Made by a program: the position numbers and the translations under genes
Notes under the pieces: generated by a model
The model's database searches: none
What the model saw: only the letters and a program-made list of their open reading frames with translations
Told to the model about the DNA's origin: nothing
DNA from: Leucoraja erinacea
Lineage: Eukaryota
Assembly: GCF_028641065.1 (NCBI RefSeq)
Contig: NC_073405.1
Location: 17,360,001 to 17,424,000, forward strand
Length of the DNA: 64,000 bases
Direction of reading: 5' to 3'
Shown: positions 1 through 14,639 of the stretch, piece after piece
Position numbering within the stretch: position 1 is the stretch's first letter
Layout: each line of letters begins with the position of its first letter

Positions 1-751
1 CCAGAAAATTATAATTGGATACAGGGGTGAGGTGGAACATGGGTGCTCCTCCGGGTAGGTCACAAGGGAGAGAGGGGAGGGGGGAGGATTCACTGGTCAT
101 ACCATTGGATTTTCAGCTACCCAAGTGTCTATTTTGTAAACCAACAACTGCAGTTCCTAGTATCTAAATAATTGCAGAATTGTTTCTGTCATGAAGTTTC
201 AAATGGCATTTGGACTGATAATGGATAGGAAGAGTTTATGGTATATGAGACTAGCCCAGAATAACAATTTAGTCAGCATAGCCATGTTGGGCAGAAGGGC
301 CTATTTCCATGCTGCATAATTTCTTGTCAGCAATCCAAAACATATTTTGTATCTAATCCCACAGTTCTGCAGTAGTAAGTTAATTTGACGCAGTATTCAA
401 GATTATTTCCCTGTATATTTTCAATACGAAATGTTTGATGTCCAAATTTGTCTGTGGATCACTATTGGAGTTGATAGTGTACTGCTCAGAACCTGAAACC
501 GTACAGATAAAAATACAGGACAAAGTTAAAAAAAAATCTTTCCACATATGGGTGCAGTCTGGTGTATACAGTGGCTTTTACATGGCTACATTTGGAGGAG
601 ATATCAAGCTGAACTTGTTGATGCTGTCAGTTCTCCATTGCTATTTTTATTACCACAAATTTTAAGGCACCAGAGAGTGCAATTATTATTCACTTGTTTT
701 TTTTTCAATCCAAGAGCACAAAGGAGTACACTCAATCATGCAGCGAGTAAA

Positions 752-1568
752 ATGTTTAATGCTGATAAATGTGAGGTGCTACACCTTGGCAGGACAAATC
801 AAAATAGGACGTACATGGTAAATGGTAGGGAATTGAAGAATACAGTTGAACAGAGGGATCTGGGTATAACCGTGCATAGTTCCTTGAAGGTGGAATCTCA
901 TATAGATAGGGTGGTAAAGAAAGCTTTTGGTATGCTAGCCTTTATAAATCAGAGCATTGAGTATAGAAGCTGGGATGTAATGTTAAAATTGTACAAGGCA
1001 TTGGTGAGACCAAATCTGGAGTATGGTGTACAATTTTGGTCGCCAAATTATAGGAAGGATGTCAACAAAATAGAGAGAGTACAGAGGAGATTTACTAGAA
1101 TGTTGCCTGGGTTTCAACAACTAAGTTACAGAGATTGAATAAGTTAGGTCTTTATTCTCTGGAGCGCAGAAGGTTAAGGGGGGACCTGATAGAGGTCTTT
1201 AAAATGATGAGAGGGATAGACAGAGTTGATGTGGACAAGCTTTTCCCTTTGAGAATAGGGAAGATTCAAACAAGAGGACATGACTTCAGAATTAAGGGAC
1301 AGAAGTTTAGGGGTAATATGAGGGGGGGAACTTCTTTACGCAGAGAGTGGTGGCGGTGTGGAATGAGCTCCCAGTGGAAGTGGTGGAGGCAGGTTCATTG
1401 GTATCATTTAAAAATAAATTGGATAGGCATATGGATGAGAAGGGAATGGAGGGTTATGGTACGAGTGCAGGCAGGTGGGACTAAGGGGAAAAAAATTTGT
1501 TCGGCATGGACTTGTAGGGCCGAGATGGCCTGTTTCCGTGCTGTAATTGTTATATGGTTATATGGTTA
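752..1568 (+). mobile_element. CR1-clade LINE, 5'-truncated (RT C-terminus and 3' tail)
   Basis: ORFs read FNADKCEVLHLG...RDLGI...LYKALVRPNLEYGVQFWSP...IERVQRRFTRM...LERRRLRGDLIEVFK. Ends in (GGTTATAT)n microsatellite tail. Confidence 0.92.
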
Positions 1569-1996
1569 AAAGTTGAGGATGATCCCATCTGTCTTATTAT
1601 CCCACCAATTCCACTTTCTTCAGAGTCCACCAAATTACTTTCTTTCATGTATTTATCCAGTTCCGTTTTTAAGGCAGTAATTCTCTTGCTACTATTCTCA
1701 ACAATAAATTATAAATCATAATAAAAAATTCTGTTGGTGACATTGTCCATGAACCTCATGCTCAGAATCATAATCTGTTAAACTGGCCCTTGAAACATCT
1801 TATAATGGGGCTTTTTTCTTTGTATTTTATCCAAATGATTCATGACCCTACAACCATCTAACACATTTCTTACCACAATTGAGCACACCACTATTGTGGC
1901 AAAAAATAGTTTTGTACAGATTCAATATAACTTTGTACTCTGTCTCTATGAATCCCAGGGCCATTTATGTTACTAATCAGGCACTCAATATCATGT

Positions 1997-2137
1997 GAAG
2001 ATAAACACAAAATGTTGGAGGAACTCAGGAACAGGTAGCCATTCGTTCTGTCCAGAGATGCTGCCTGTTCCGCTGACTTACTCCAGCATTTTGTGTCTAT
2101 CTTCGGTGTAAACCAGCATCTGCAGTTCCTTCCTACT
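1997..2137. mobile_element. Short non-autonomous repeat derived from a Penelope-like element terminus (inverted arrangement)
   Basis: GAAGATAAACACAAAATGTTGGAGGAACTCAG is an imperfect inverted copy of CTGACTTACTCCAGCATTTTGTGTCTATCTTC. The GAGATGCTGCCTG...CTCCAGCA motif matches the ends of the Penelope copies at 10.7 kb and 47.5 kb. Confidence 0.6.
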
Positions 2138-2222
2138 CACTTAATATCTTCTGGTACTTTCAAGAATGTATGCCATCTTGGACCTAGATGCTTCTGCAAA
2201 CCTTCAAAAGTCTGCTATTTAA

Positions 2223-2693
<471 letters not shown>

Positions 2694-3111
2694 TAAACTC
2701 AAGTTTGCTTCTGCAGAATTGCATTGGGCAATTTACTCCTCACTAAGTAAAAAGTAACATTATTTGGGAAAGTACTGCTGCCAGCAGAGCAATATTGTAT
2801 TTGGGGTATTACCGCAAGTTTGTTTTCTTGCAGATTGCATTTGTGAATGATGAATTATGCAGTTTGGGGTGATGTTTTGACTGACAAAACATTTATTCCT
2901 TGTATTGAGAGGATTCTGCTTTGTGGAATTTGGGGACCGAGCCATTAAAATAAAAGGGTAGAAAAGCTTTTGCCATAGTCTATCTTAACAAGTAAACTGT
3001 ATTTAGAAGAATGACAAAAATGTATTACTCATCCGTAACTTTGGACGCTGTAAATTGTTCAATTTTGTTAATCATCAAGGCAAGCTGTATTTATCATAAA
3101 ATATGCCCGTT

Positions 3112-3810
3112 ATAGACAATAGGTGCAGGCGTAGGCCATTCGGCCCTTTGGGCCAGCACCGCCATTCAATGTGATCATGGCTGATCATCCCCAATCAGTA
3201 CCCCGTTCCTACCTTCTCCCCATATCCCCTGACGCCGCTATTTTTAAGACCTCTATCTAGCTCTCTCTTGAAAGTATCCAGAGAACCGGCCTCCGTCGCC
3301 CTCTGAGGCAGAGAATTCCAGAGACTCACAACTCTGTGTGAAAAAGTGTTTCCTCGTCTCCATTCGAAATGGCTTACCCCTTATTCTTAAACTGGCGCCT
3401 GGTTCTGGACTCCCCCAACATCGGGAACATGTTTCTTGCCTCAAGCGTGTCCAAACCCTTAACAATCGTATATGTTTCAATAAGATTCCCTCTCATCCTT
3501 CTAAACTCCAGAGTGTACAAGCCTAGCCGCTCCATTCTTTCAGCGTATGACAGTCCCGCCATCCCGGAAATTAACCTTGTAAACCTACGCTGCATTCCTT
3601 CAATAGCAAGAACGTCCTTCCTCAAATTAGGGGACCAAAACTGCACACAATACTCCAGGTGTGGTCTCACTAGGGCTCTGTACAACTGCAGAAGGACCTC
3701 TTTGCTCCTATATTCGATTCCTCTTGTTATAAAGGCCAACATGCCATTCGCTTTCTTCACTGCCTGCTGTACCTGCAAGCTTACTTTCATAGACTGATGA
3801 ACAAGGACCT
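3112..3810 (-). mobile_element. CR1-clade LINE 3' fragment
   Basis: ORF 3374-3790 reads KKANGMLAFITRGIEYRSKEVLLQLYRALVRPHLEYCVQFWSP...LERLGLYTLEFRRMRG; CR1 3' UTR follows. Confidence 0.92.
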
Positions 3811-6800
3811 GGTGATCACACCACCTGGAAATTTAGATTATTTTCATGCAAGCTCAAAGTAGCAACTTTAGAATTAAAAATAGGAGTATGACATCTGGAA
3901 CCATAAGTCTGCTCTACCATTCATAAGGGCCATGGCTTGTCTCCTATCTCAGCTCCATTTTCCTGCGCTATTTCCAACTGCCTTAATATCCAAAAAGATA
4001 TATTGTTTTATTGGACACCGTGATCAATCTCTGATTTGAATTGTCTCAATGTCTGAGTATATTCAAGGTAGAGAATTCCAACAACTCGTCGTTAAACCTG
4101 AATAAATATCAGTCCTAAACAGCCGGCCTCTTATTCTGGTTGTTCTACATTTTCAGTCAGGCAAAATGATCTTCGTGCATCCACTCTGTTGAGGCCTATA
4201 AGAACTTTTTAAAGTGTTGATGAGATCATTTCCAATTCTTCTAGGGTGTACAGTTTTACAGGCCAAGTCTCAATGTCTCTAATAATGTATCCATTGACTA
4301 TAGCCATCTCCCAGAATTTGGGTCGAACATCATTGGGTCCATGAGATTTGATCACCCCTATTTGTCATTGTTTAAAATTTTATTAATACTGATATCCGTT
4401 GGCTCCTCACACTTGCTAGTTTCTAGCATCTCCAGAATTGTTTGCAGCTATTTTGTCTTCTACCCTTCTACCCATTTGTTTAATTTGTCTGCTATTTCCT
4501 TATTTTCCTTTGTAAATTCTGCCAAGGACCCACATTTGTCCCCCTCCTACTATTTCATAACAGGAGAAGCATATAGGTAGTTGCATTGTTACATAAGCTA
4601 TAAATATAATCCTGACTGTAAACTAAAATTGAGATTGATAAATGTAATTCAAACAATACTAAGGTGCTTATATTTTACATCTAGCGTGTGGAATACTCAG
4701 TAGATTTCTGCTGGTTTGGTAACAAATGATATTTATAGGTTCATAAATGAAAATAGTTTTTGATTTTCATTTTTCTTTGTAAATTTCCAGGAAAGCAACA
4801 TTTTCTAAAATATATAATTATAGACCAGATTGAATATGAGAACATAAAGTTCGTCTTTTATTTTATTTTCATCTCTTGGACAGTTTCTCATTTTGCTTAA
4901 TTTGGGAACTATACGATGGTTATTAGCAAGTCTCAGTAAAGATGGTCTTCAATAACCCAATGTCACTGAATGAGAGATCTCTCCCGGTTGCAGTTAAGTT
5001 TCCAAATGATTAACTTATTTTACTGCAAAACATTTGATTCGGTATTTTTTTTTAAGAATTTCTTGTTGCATCATTTAAGATGGTTGCTTGTTAACCATGA
5101 CCTTCACATATAAAGTAGCGGGTCAACATTAGTAGCTGTTTCATGGTATAAACAAAGATACTTATGTTAATAGTAGAAATTGAACAGTAAGTCATGACCT
5201 CTTAGAAAACTGCTGTTCTTTTGTAAATGTTCCTTTTATGGCCAAATAAAAATAATACAATAGAATTTGCAATATTCATGATTTGTAGACTGAGGTTTAT
5301 AATTTGCCTAAATTTTCAGATGTGTTGCTAATTGAGGTGTTTTGCATTTGTAACTTACGCAAGCACGTCGCAAACACAGTTGGGCATTTGGATTTTAACA
5401 GAAATCGTAGGCATGCTTCTCCACCCATATTTTCTCAGTAAACATCGTTCTTGAATGCTGTTTGTAATAGATACCATATCTCTGAATACATCTTTAAAAT
5501 ATGCTTTATACATGTATGAGCAAGATATTACAATGATATTCACCACTAATCCAGAAAAACAAAACTGTTGTACAGAGTAATCATTGAGGAAAAAAGTTTG
5601 TGCTGTTTGCTGCACTAGATTACTTTTACAGTAAGTGCAACCAACCAAAAAACATGTTTTGAGCCCCTATGTGCAGATGTGAAGTTATCCATTGCACATC
5701 TATTTCTGGTATAGTATAGAAAGGCACTTTTTTTCTAATAGCAGATAATTAGTTTTATGATGGGTGTTTAAATGTATTTTGTTTCAGTGCAGCTGCATAT
5801 TTTGATCCATTTTGTGCAGCATGATTATAGTTTATTGTGCTTAATTCTTGTGTTAGCCAATATATTTGCTCTTAATTCAGAAATACCTGGATTTGTGAGA
5901 TCTTCATCCCGGTACGAGGAAAGGATGTTTCTATTGCCAGCCAATAACACAGACCTATTTCTTCCCCCCACTGCCATCTTCACTAAAGCACAGCAAAAAA
6001 AAAAAAACAGAATCACCAAATAATGCTTGTATTTGATTCTTCGTGGTCTTTTTTTACCCAACTCTACCATACCTCACTTCTCCTAAAGATCTTTTTGTTA
6101 TCCAGCTATAAAAGATAAATACATTAAGGGTGGAGCTCGAATGGTATGTATCTATCAATGTGAAGATATCGCATAATATTTTGATTATTCTCTGCAAACC
6201 ACATTTTTAAATGATAATTCTAGTGGTATACGGGTAAATCAAGTTCTATGTTAGTGGTACATGATGATGATTTCCTCTCCTTTTTTTGTAGCATACAGGT
6301 TCTCCCCAGGTTAGGGCAAGGTTTCATTCTGCAGAATTGTTTGGAACCCAAATAGGTTCCTGGCAATATAGTAGTTAAGCAGGGCGTCAAACTCAGCCAT
6401 TCAGATATGCTGCAAACCAAGTTCCATCTGGCAGAGGATACCTAAAGCCCAACAATAGAGGCAAATCCATCCCACTGGTCTCTCAAACACTCATTCACAT
6501 GAATGGGTTGAGCATTAGTCACCTGGGGTGGAAATGTATGCAACAATTCCTTTCTAGCAAATTTCATAAGGCAGCACAACTGATACCAAATCAAAAACAT
6601 ATAGGCAATTATTATCAAAGGTGAATAACACTCCTTTCATCTGTGATGCATTATGTTAGCTCTCAACACCTTATCCTTACAAGCCACCCAGTTCTTGCTC
6701 ATCTTTAAACAATTCACATTTGAACCATTTATGGAGCAGATGTTCTTTTGATTTGTTCATAGGTAAATGTACGATGTGGGTGATACAGAGCCAAACAGAC

Positions 6801-7937
6801 AGGTAGGACCCATCCCTGTTTTCTGATGAATTAGCTGCCTTTCATTGGGGCTCCAGTGGGGAACGACAATTGGGTTTCTGGTTTCCTTGCATGGGGAAGG
6901 AAAAGTAACCAATTCAGTAACTCTACATGTATAGAGTAAAATCATGAATAAAGATCAGGATAGAATGTCTTGTCAACTTACATACTTTCTCCCATGGTTG
7001 CTATCCCCTACCTCCAAGCCATGCCCAATGATTATCTGAATGAAACTGAGGTATTTGATCTGTTGCAACATTCCACGCTGCTTATCTAACTGCTGGCAGG
7101 AGCTGTCCAACATCTGCTGCAAATGTTTCAATTGCAAGGAATTCCATAATTTTTCGAGACTTTTTCATTCAATCTATACTATACCACCTCCCAAATAGAG
7201 AAAAGAAATATAGCTTTTAGGCAATGTGTATCATGAATAATCAGCAATGAACAAATTTAATTTTTTGATACCTGTATGTTTGTATTTAACAGAACAGCAT
7301 TTGCCGCATATTTAAATTGCAATGCAACTTTGCGTTTTTAAACCCATAATTTTACTTTTGTAAAGTAAATGTGTACCTAAGCGTAAGCATGTTTGTATAT
7401 GGATATTTATCTTCTGCACAAATTGGCTATGCATTTGTGTATTTAAAACGCTAATATTTTTAATTATTCCAAACTAATGTGTAGACGTAGAATAATTAGG
7501 AAACAAGGCAAAATAGGCAGATTTCTGGTTCAATTTTACATTGGGAGAGAACAATCTACTAATTTTGTTTAAAGTGGACAGGTTTACAGAAATTTACCTG
7601 TGCCTCTTCCTTTATTCCTTTTTGTGTTCGGTGATCGGGAAGGGTATATAAAGTGTCAACATCTATATTGCTCCTAACCGATGAACAAATATTTCTGTGT
7701 TCTTTAAGTGGCAGCAATATTTTCTTTATTCAGTGGTCATTTTTTCCCTTATGATCCCATTTGAGTCTGCCTTAATGAAACTGAGTTTGGGTCACATTTT
7801 ATTTCAGTAGTTGGCCAACAATAGGAATGGTATGTATCTATCACTGTCAATTAGCTTCTCATCGAAGCAATCCTTAATATCCAAGTGAAAATGATGCTGA
7901 GATTATTTCACTAGAAGTTAAATATTTACCAATAGTC

Positions 7938-9581
7938 TGGGACAAAGACCCATCATTTATTTATTTACTTCTGTACTCCACAATTTGAAATTTGTAATAG
8001 AAAAAATTGCGCGTGGTTAAAGTGCACATTGTCAGATGTTAATAAAGTATTTAAAATTTTAATAAATATATGGTGACACAATTTTTAATAAACCAAAACA
8101 TTTTGGTATCACCATGTAGAAATTACAGCAGTAATGATACATAGTCTCCCCATTTCAGGGCACCATAATGTTTGGGACACAGCGATGTCATGTAAACGAA
8201 AGTCATGTTTAATATTTTGTTGCATATCCTTTGCATGCAATGACTGCTTGAAGTCTGCGATTAATGTTCATCACCAGTTGCAGGGTGTCTTCTCTGGTGA
8301 TGCTCTGCCAGGCCTGTATTGCAGCCATCTTTAGCTTATGCTTGTTTTGAGGGCTAGCCTCCTTCAGTTTTCTCTTCACCAAAAAAAAGCATGCTCAATT
8401 GGGTTTGGATCGGGTGATTGACTTGGCCACTCAAGAATTGACAATTTTTTAGCTTTGAAAAACTCCTTTGTTGCTTTAGCAGTATGTTTGGGATCATTGT
8501 CTTGCTGTTGAATGAACCGCCAGCCAATGAGTGAGGGATTTGTTTGAACTTGAGCAGATAGGATGTGTCTATACACTTCAGAATTCATTATTCTACTACC
8601 ATCAGCAGTTGTATCATCAGTGAAGATAAGTGAGCAGCCTTCAGCAGCCATACATGCCCAGGCCATAACACCCCCACCACTGTGTTTCACAGATGAGGTG
8701 GTATGAAGAAGAAGAAGAAGAAGAAGATGCTTTGGATCTTGGGCAGTTCCTTCTCTCCTCCATATTTTGCTCTTGCCATCATTATGGTGTAAGTTAATCT
8801 TCCTCTCATCTGTCCACAAGACTTTTTTCCGGAACTGTGGTTGCTCTTTTATGTACTTCTTCGCAAACTAACCTGACCATCCTATTTTAGCGGCTAACCA
8901 GTGGTTTGCATCTTGCAGTGTAGCCTCTGTATTTCTGTTCATGAAGTCTTCTGCGGACAGCGGTCATTGACAAATCCTCACCTGACTCCTGAAGAGTGTT
9001 TCTGATCTGTCGGACAGGTGTTTGGGGATTTTTCTTCATTATGGAGAGAATTCTTCTGTCATCAGCTGTTGGGCTGCCAGTCCCTTTGCGATTAGTAAGC
9101 TCACCAGTGCTCTCTTTCTTCTTAATGATGTTGCAAACAGTTGATTTTGGTAAGCCTAAGGTTTGGATGATGTATCTAAGTTTTATTCTTGTTTTTCAGT
9201 CTCATAATGGCTTATTTGACTTTCATTGGCACAACTTTGGTCCTCATGTTGATAAACACCAATACAAGTTTCCAAAGGTGATGGAAAGATTAGGTGCTGA
9301 GAGCTCTCTTATACCATTAAGGAGGCAATTAAACACACCTGAGCAATTACAAACACCTGTGTCCCAAACATTGTGGTGTCCTGAAATGGGGGGGGTCTAT
9401 GTATAAACACACTGTAATTTCTACATGGTGAAACCAAAATGTATAAATATGGCCTTTAATAAAATCTGACTGTGCACTTTAACCACATGTGATTTTTTTT
9501 CTATTACAAATCTCAAATTGTGTAGTACAGAGGCAAATAAATAAATGATGGGTCTTTCCCCAAACATTATGGAGGGCACTG
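7938..9581 (-). mobile_element. Tc1-type DNA transposon (IR/DR class) with decayed transposase
   Basis: Inverted termini of ~230 bp (7938-8180 vs 9359-9581) with internal direct repeat CATAATGTTTGGG. Right end ...GGAGGGCACTG|TA. Minus-strand motifs WTDE, QQDNDPKH, WPSQSPDPNPIEH. A (GAA)n expansion lies at ~8705-8727. The outer tip of the left TIR is missing. Confidence 0.93.
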
Positions 9582-9789
9582 TAAGAGACAGAAGGAAGCC
9601 ATTCAGGCCTTCATGCCTGCATTGCCATTCAGTAAGATTATGGCTGTTTTTTTTTAATTTACCTCGCTGCCACTTTCTTGCACTTGTCCCATGTTGCAAA
9701 ATTCCACTCGTATCCAAAAATATTTGAAAAATGTACTTTCCAACTCAACAAGAGTATAGGCTTGATTTCTCTGTACAAGATGTCCTCTT

Positions 9790-10887
9790 TCTTGAGTAAA
9801 CGTGGTTTCCAATAGCTTTGATATCAATCCCTCACTTGCATATCCTCGTAGTTTTGCTCTCACTCCTCCTCCCCCACATTGGAACAAGAATATATTTCCT
9901 CTGGTCCTTGCCTTTCACCCCACCAGGCACACCATGCAACACACCCTTCAGCATGATCCCACCATCAATCACACCTTCAAAGCCCACCTTTTTCTGACAG
10001 AGACCAATCCCTCCGCAGCTGTTTGGTTCACACATCTTTTCTCACCCAATCCACCTCCTGCAGGTAGTTTCACCTGCAACCACAGGCGATGTAACGCCTG
10101 TCCCTATACCTCTTCCCTCGCATTCATACATGAATCTCAGCAGTCTTTCAAGGTGCAACGGAGGTTCACGACGTGCATCTCCTCTAACCTCATCTACTGC
10201 ATTCGGTGTTCCTCCTTTACAATGGTGAGACCAAGCATAGACTCAGCGACCATTTGGCCGAACATATGTACCCAGTCCGCGAAGACCTGCTTGATCTCCC
10301 GGTTGCTAACCATTTTAGCTCCCAACCCCATGTTCCACTGAACACCACTCAGCCCGTCTTAACCTACCTGATCTCCCGGTGTCTCAGCACTTCAACTCCC
10401 CCTCCCATTCCTAATCTGACTTTTCTGTCCTGGGCCTTCTCCATTGTCAGAGTGAGGCCCAGTGCAAATTGGAGGTACAGCACCACATTTGGCTAGTTTA
10501 CACCGCAGTGGTGTGAACATTGACTTCTCTAACTTCAGATGGCCCTTGCTTTCTTTCTCCATCTCCTTCCCAGTTTTCCCATTAGTCTTACTGTCTCCGA
10601 CTACATTCGATCTTTGTCCTACCCCCTCCCCCGATATCAGTCTGAAGAAGGGTCTCGACCCGAAACGCGCCCATTCCTTCTCTCAAGAGATGCTACCTCA
10701 CCAGCTGAGTTACTCCAGCATTTTGCCTCTACACAGACTAACCTTTCTGTCCTGGGCTACCTCCATTGCCAGATTGAGGCTACAAAAATTGGAGCAACAG
10801 AAGTCGTATTCCTCTTGGATAGCTTACAACCAAACAGTATGCATATTCAATTTTAGATAACTCACTTACAAACAAGAATTCTACCAC

Positions 10888-10920
<33 letters not shown>

Positions 10921-10960
10921 ATTCCCTGTGCCACCCCCTGGACTCGGGGCCCATTTTCCC
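9790..10960 (+). mobile_element. Penelope-like retroelement 3' part (GIY-YIG endonuclease and terminal repeat)
   Basis: ORFs read FTCNHRRCNACPY...CISSNLIYCIRC / LLYNGETKHRLSDHLAEH (GIY-YIG). Terminal region carries CTGAAGAAGGGTCTCGACCCGAAAC. Confidence 0.85.
10642..10670 (+). ncRNA. Minimal hammerhead-ribozyme motif of a Penelope-like terminus (cleavage site degenerate)
   Basis: CTGAAGA core, hairpin GGGTC-TC-GACCC, then GAAAC. The expected GTC is replaced by GCG. Confidence 0.65.
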
Positions 10961-11319
10961 CATTTCCCAATATTCTAGATGTAATAACATGTGGGGTTTA
11001 TATAAATGCAGAAAGATCTCTTTAGTGCTCAAAGGCTAGTTTACCATTTGCCTTTCATGCTCCCACATCCATGTTAGCATCACTTTATTCGTATACAAGA
11101 TCAACTAAGCCTGAAAATGCTTTTTTATTTTTAATTTTTCGCACCCAATGAATAACCTCACATTTTCTATATTATATTCGTTCTCCCACCTCCTCACCCA
11201 TTCACAGCTTATCTGTATTGCTCTAAAGCCTCCCTGCATACTCCTCGTAATCTACACTGATACAAATTTTGTATTATCAGCGAACTTCGAAATATTACAA
11301 TTTGTCCACTCACTAGCCA

Positions 11320-11950
11320 TCAACATCTCAAGCCTGGGTGCTTCGCCTGCTGCTGTACTCTGATGATACCACTATTGTTGGCTGAATCACAGGTGTTGGT
11401 GAGTCAGCGTACAGGAAAGAATATAACATCTGTGATTGGTGTCACAACAATAACTAGTTCAATGTTAACATAACTTGCAACTAATTAACTTCTGGAAGGA
11501 GAGATCGGGAGACTGCGTTCCATTTTTAATTGGTGAGTTGGTGAAAGATAGAAATTTTTGGGCATTGATGTGTTGGGTGACTTGTCCTGGGCTTAGCTCA
11601 TAGCTGTAATCACAGAGAAGGCATGCTTGCTCCTCTACTTTCTAAGAAGATTAAAGCGATTCGGTCTGTTACTGAATACTTGAACAAAATTCTGCAGATG
11701 TACTGCAGAAAATATCTGACTGATTGCATCAAGGGCTGGTGCAGCACTTCAAAGCAAAAGACTCGGATGTCTCTCCACCATTCAAATCATCTGCATGAGC
11801 CACTACTTCAAAAGGTGGCATCCATCATCGAGGATCCCCACCATTATGCTCTTACCCTCTTGTCACTGCTACTATTGAACAGGAGTAACAGAAGCCGGAA
11901 GTCCCACATTGTCTCATTCATGACTAGCTTTTGTCGTACAAATTTGCATA
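11320..11950 (+). mobile_element. Decayed Rex1/Babar-like LINE RT fragment
   Basis: Frameshifted SPLLY..DDTTIVG.I...ESAYRKE signature and ...SIIEDPHH...LLSLL..RS.RS C-terminal motif. Confidence 0.6.
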
Positions 11951-13553
11951 ATCCTTTTTTTCTAATTGTGTTGGCGCCAATTTTTATGGTTTAAAATCGT
12001 GTATATATTGTAAACTTAAATCTCATCCATTGTTTGCACACTGTTCCTTTTAAAGTGGTTTGCGAATTAATACTCAAAATAGTATAGTTTGTTTAGATGC
12101 AAGTGTCCAGGTTTCAGACTAAATTGCACTAAATTTGTGACATTCTATCAAATCGCTTCCCTGAAGGTACTTAATCTATCAACATCAATTACCCCTATCT
12201 CTTTGTACAATACAATCATTCTACGATGTACAGGAATGATGAGTTCCTGGGAAATGTTTTTCTAACAAAATGGCTAAAATCCATTGAATATTATGGTACA
12301 GTTTATCTAAATGGGTCGAATCGGACAGGTGCTTAATTATGGCACAATATAGATTTATAAATTGGAGATAGGAACCACTCAAGAATCATTAGTGAAACTA
12401 GATCTAAAATAACCAATTCCATTATTGTTCCTCAACACAGTCCTGATCATGGAAAGCATCTTCTATGCAGTATGTCTGATGTCTGTATGTCGATGAAAGC
12501 TCTGTGATTGTTGCCAGCATCAATAATTATTTTGTACTCTGCTCCTGTATTTTCCAATGCTGTTCACAGCGCTGTGGAGAACACCTGGCTATTGCTTCTC
12601 TCCTTTTTACTTTGCAATGTCTTTTTTTTCTCACATTCTTCTTGCACTCGCTCTTTCTCATGCTCTCTTCCCTCCATCTCCACCCCCTCCCCACGCCCAC
12701 CCTGCTCTTCGCCATTTGCTCATCCTTCCTGTAGTGCATGCTCTACCCACAAAGGCTCCAGGAAATTAATGCGATAGAAATTCTTATTTAGTGATATGAA
12801 TGTATTTTGGTCGTTCATATTTGTATGAATGAACAAATGTATGTTTGTCTGAAGGACATTCCCGACCCAAAACTTCACTTATCCACATGCTTCAGAGATG
12901 CTGCCTGACCCGCTGTTACTCCAGTACTTTGTCTTATTTTGTAAATGAACACATGCATTTCCTTGTTTCTACTCTCTAATGTACTTTTATGTTCTCACAG
13001 TGTTGTCATTGTACTGTAAATGTACATTGCAAGTGATGGAATGGACAGTGTCACTTCTATACTTGGTTGGGTTTATAGTGCAGTTTCAGTTTGAAATGAA
13101 GATGGATTGTGAGTTACGGGCCTTGTTTTATTCAATCAGTATAATTCTTGAGGTGGAATTTGGTGCCATTGATCGTTTTTCAGTTGTAATATATTGCTGA
13201 TTTTGCTTGCAATTTTTATGCTGGAAAAGGAATATAAAATTCCAAAGGAAACTGATCATAGGATTGACTGGCTTTATCTAGAAATTCTAGTGTTGCAAGA
13301 GAGAGCTACTGCATTCTGTCAGCCTTTCCTTGGAACATGCCTCAACTCCTGGGTGTTATTCAGGTGATGTATTTTTGGCAAGTGTTAACAAAGTAGGATG
13401 GTGGGTTTGAGGAAATTTTAGACTCTAGGGTTTTCATTTCTGCACATGTTCAAGTGAGCAATTATTTTCACATAATGCAGCTGATAAAACGCTGTTCTAA
13501 GTAAATTAATTTAAATGGAATACGAAGAGATAATAACACTAAGGAAATGTTAA

Positions 13554-13703
<150 letters not shown>

Positions 13704-13744
13704 TAATATAATCTTACATGTGATATTTTCAAAAGAGTTCGATT

Positions 13745-13885
13745 TTGCTCTTAGGGCTAAAGGAATCAAGGCATATGGGGGGGAAAGCAGGAACAGTGTA
13801 CTGATCTTGGATGATCAGCCATGATCATATTTTATGGCTGTGCTGGCTCGAATGGCCTACTCCTGCACCTATTTTCCATGTTTCT
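13745..13885 (+). mobile_element. CR1 3' tail fragment
   Basis: GGATGATCAGCCATGATCATAT...AATGGCCTACTCCTGCACCTATTTTC, shared with the other CR1 tails in the window. Confidence 0.75.
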
Positions 13886-14639
13886 TGATATTATTTATGC
13901 CTGACCATATATCTGAACTATTTACTGAGGCAGTAGCTACCAAAACAAGGAAAATAATCTGTATTTTCCAGGGGTTCATTGTACATCTTCATTGCTTCCC
14001 TATTTCCTTATGATGTAATGAAGGCCATTCTATCCCTCAAGTCTTTACCAGCTCAGAGTATTTCTGTTCCCTTTTTTCACCTGTAGCCTATTCACTACCA
14101 TATACCCATTAACAGCCTTTCAGATTCTCTCCTCAGCCTTCTACACTTTGGTTAATTTACAGTAGCTAATTAACTTAACTATCACATCTAAAAAATGTGC
14201 ATTGCATCATGAACACTCAGGGTCTAAGGGAGAATTTGCAAACTCTGCTTGATAAGCTCTTATTTCTTGACTCAGTAGGATGACCCCATGGGTGTTTATG
14301 CCATAAATGATATTGAATGTACTGAAGAATCCAAATGCTGGTAGTTATAGCTGATTGCTGGATATGCTGCCCTGGACCCAGCATCTTTTTTTTGATTATA
14401 AGATTCCAAGTCTTGGATATTCCTTCAGGTATACCAGCTTTTCTTCCCTTGAGAGATGTGGAATTCAATCCATGAAAGTCTAGTGCTTTGGTTAACTAGC
14501 TCCTTGGCACCCTAGTCATTCTCATCAAACCTGTTCTGGTGTTAACTGAAGAAGACAAGAGTCTTCCTCACGGGTACTAATTAGGGATAGACTGAAGAGC
14601 TTTCTATGCAGTGTATTTTAGAGCTATGTCCTTTCCAAA

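Noticed and set aside
3369-3797. Long + strand ORFs opposite CR1 RT (also 40405-40704 and 41036-41347)
   Set aside because: Antisense shadows of LINE coding sequence.
10889-10920. Long poly-C/poly-G runs (also ~47200, ~54050, ~58880)
   Set aside because: Homopolymer expansions within repeats; lengths are unreliable in assemblies and there is no evidence of function.
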